From Piedraia hortae CBS 480.64 (lineage: Eukaryota), in the NCBI GenBank assembly GCA_010093745.1, contig MU006014.1, positions 1 through 64,000 of the forward strand: 64,000 nucleotides of DNA. The letters run 5' to 3'. Below, piece by piece: positions 62,401-64,000 of this stretch. The notes under the pieces are model-generated. The model was not told the origin of the DNA. It worked only from the letters and a program-made list of their open reading frames with translations, and did not search any database. Within the stretch, counting starts at the first letter, position 1. Every line of letters starts with the position of its first letter. Both the position numbers and the translations under genes were made by a program.

Positions 62401-64000
62401 TATTTCCACAAGTTTGTCGACAGCGCTTTCCCCTGGCCAGTCATCCTCGAGCTCATCAAGACTAGACTCCTTCCTGCTTTGCTCCCGAAGTCTTCTCAGT
62501 TCATCGTAACAGAACAACCTCAAGTCGTCTTCGATGGTACTTGATTGCCAGTGTTCAAGCCTCTCATGCTTAAGATCCTTTTGCCCCAACTCGCTTAGCT
62601 TATCCCCGATCTTGTTGTCGGACCGGCTCGTCACAAAAACTCTTAGGTTCATGGAGCTTTGTGCACGAAGTCTCGGCCAAAGAGTCATGGCATGGCCTAT
62701 CGCTCCCCAGTCCTCGCACTCGTCGAGAGCATCGATGACAATGGCCCTGATATCTGTCGCGGAACCCATGCTGTACCCTGACAGCGATCCTTGGATAAGC
62801 GTGTCGAACTGAGTTGTTGGCGCCCTTTCAATCACCGGAGGGGAACCTTTAGAGGCAGCAGCAATCTTGTGGCTAATGCTGGGTACAGAGTCTGCCATTT
62901 GACGGGCAATGGTGGGAAACAAACTGCGAGCGCGGCCCAATTCACCATGGCCGCGCTTGAAGAAGAAGCTTCCCACCAGGTACCCTTGCCTCGCAAGTTC
63001 ATCGGCAACGGTTCGCGCAATTGTCGATTTGCCTGTTCCTGCCTTTCCAGATAACCAGAATAGCCTTTGGTCGTCGTTGGCGGTGGCCCAGTGCATGATC
63101 TCCCTTCTGATCTGCACTCGGGTGTCTTCTAGACATAGCTGCAACTCGCCATTTTCGTCGGCATTCCGATTGTCCATCGAATCGTAAGCTGCCCCAGCAG
63201 CCGCCTGCAGAGCACTAAGATCCAGCGCTTGTTTAACGCCTTGGACTCCTTGATTAATCTCTTGCTGGGCTTTCTCCAGCGTGTTCAGCTTTTGCTTGAC
63301 CCATGCCCGCTGCTCCTCTGAAACCTCGCGATCGACAGCTCTTGCATGATATTCAACCGTCCTCAGCATCCCGTCGTGATCAGTCTTGAACTTTGGTATG
63401 ACTTGACCAGTCAGAGAGTGTATCATACCTTTAAATTTTTTCATGTCACATGTGTGCTGTGCGTGCGCCACGAACGTCAAATTGAGGCCGTAGAGCTTGA
63501 CGATGTTGTCATATAAATGGCGAATCGCGGATGTCGCATCAAGCTGGCTATAGATGTCAAAATATCCATTCAGCAGGTGGCCTGTGTCCAGCACCGTTTC
63601 GATTCCTTTCAGGATCGATTCACTTTGCTCCTGAGTTTTCTGGGCCACCTAGGAGATAATGTCATTCAGGGTCGCAGTTGCACAGTATCTTTGCTTACTA
63701 TTAAGAGAGAGCGGATGCCGGCCCACGGCAGGCTGAGGATGTCCGCTTGAGCATTTGTCGCCACGTCAAACACTGGCGCAAATTGCATGATTTGACAAGC
63801 GATCTTCCTCATGCTTATGATCCATTGATCGGACCTTTTAGTTTGGTTTTGGCCTCTTGAGGTCTCGACTCTGGCCGCGTCCCTCTCGAGGTAACTATTT
63901 GGACCAAGCTGCTCCTTGACAAACTCGCAATCTTCAGTGGCAAGATCATTAAGGGCATCAAGTTTTAACTTGTTCTTGTCTCGGAAGGGGTTGTCTGCCA
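59468..64000 (-). CDS. NLR-like NACHT-WD40 protein (HET-E/NWD-like) with one frameshift; 5' end at or beyond the window edge
   Basis: N-terminal helical exon (>=64000-63699; LSLPWAGIRSLLI), intron 63698-63649, NACHT (WLSGKAGTGKSTIARTVA; IVIDALDECE; VFVTSR; HESFRDFL; YACRYWVSH), intron 61641-61590, then WD40 repeats (LRGH...DSTVRLWD). Frameshift near the A6 run at 60358-60363. Confidence 0.85.

Overview
Eukaryotic (filamentous ascomycete) genomic DNA. Short ~50-nt GT-AG introns with CTRAC branch sites, and the protein families present, suggest a compact-genome Dothideomycete (inference). Two dense, intron-poor gene blocks alternate with relic-rich blocks. Block 1 (7.4-21.7 kb) holds RRP7, GIS2, UAP1/QRI1, a cytochrome b5-like gene, an HPD-motif protein, a ULS1/Rad5-16-like SNF2-RING ATPase, NIT3 and a large MFS transporter. 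Block 2 (43.9-56.1 kb) holds a GH25 lysozyme, THG1, a GH13 alpha-amylase, NDUFB8 and SWR1. The relic blocks contain decayed F-box-like paralogs, Ty3/gypsy, copia-like, CACTA-like and Tad/LINE fragments, an intron-containing tRNA-Ser(AGA) and a 1040-aa unassigned ORF. A NACHT-WD40 NLR with a homopolymer frameshift runs off the right edge. The most notable observation is an otherwise intact MFS gene with one in-frame TAG at a position where Trp would fit. It is a candidate for premature-stop correction by A-to-I editing or readthrough; alternatives are a RIP-type mutation or a sequencing error. Genes also show a recurring C-rich to G-rich switch towards their 3' ends and very tight packing. There are two N gaps (9308-9372, 18540-18624).
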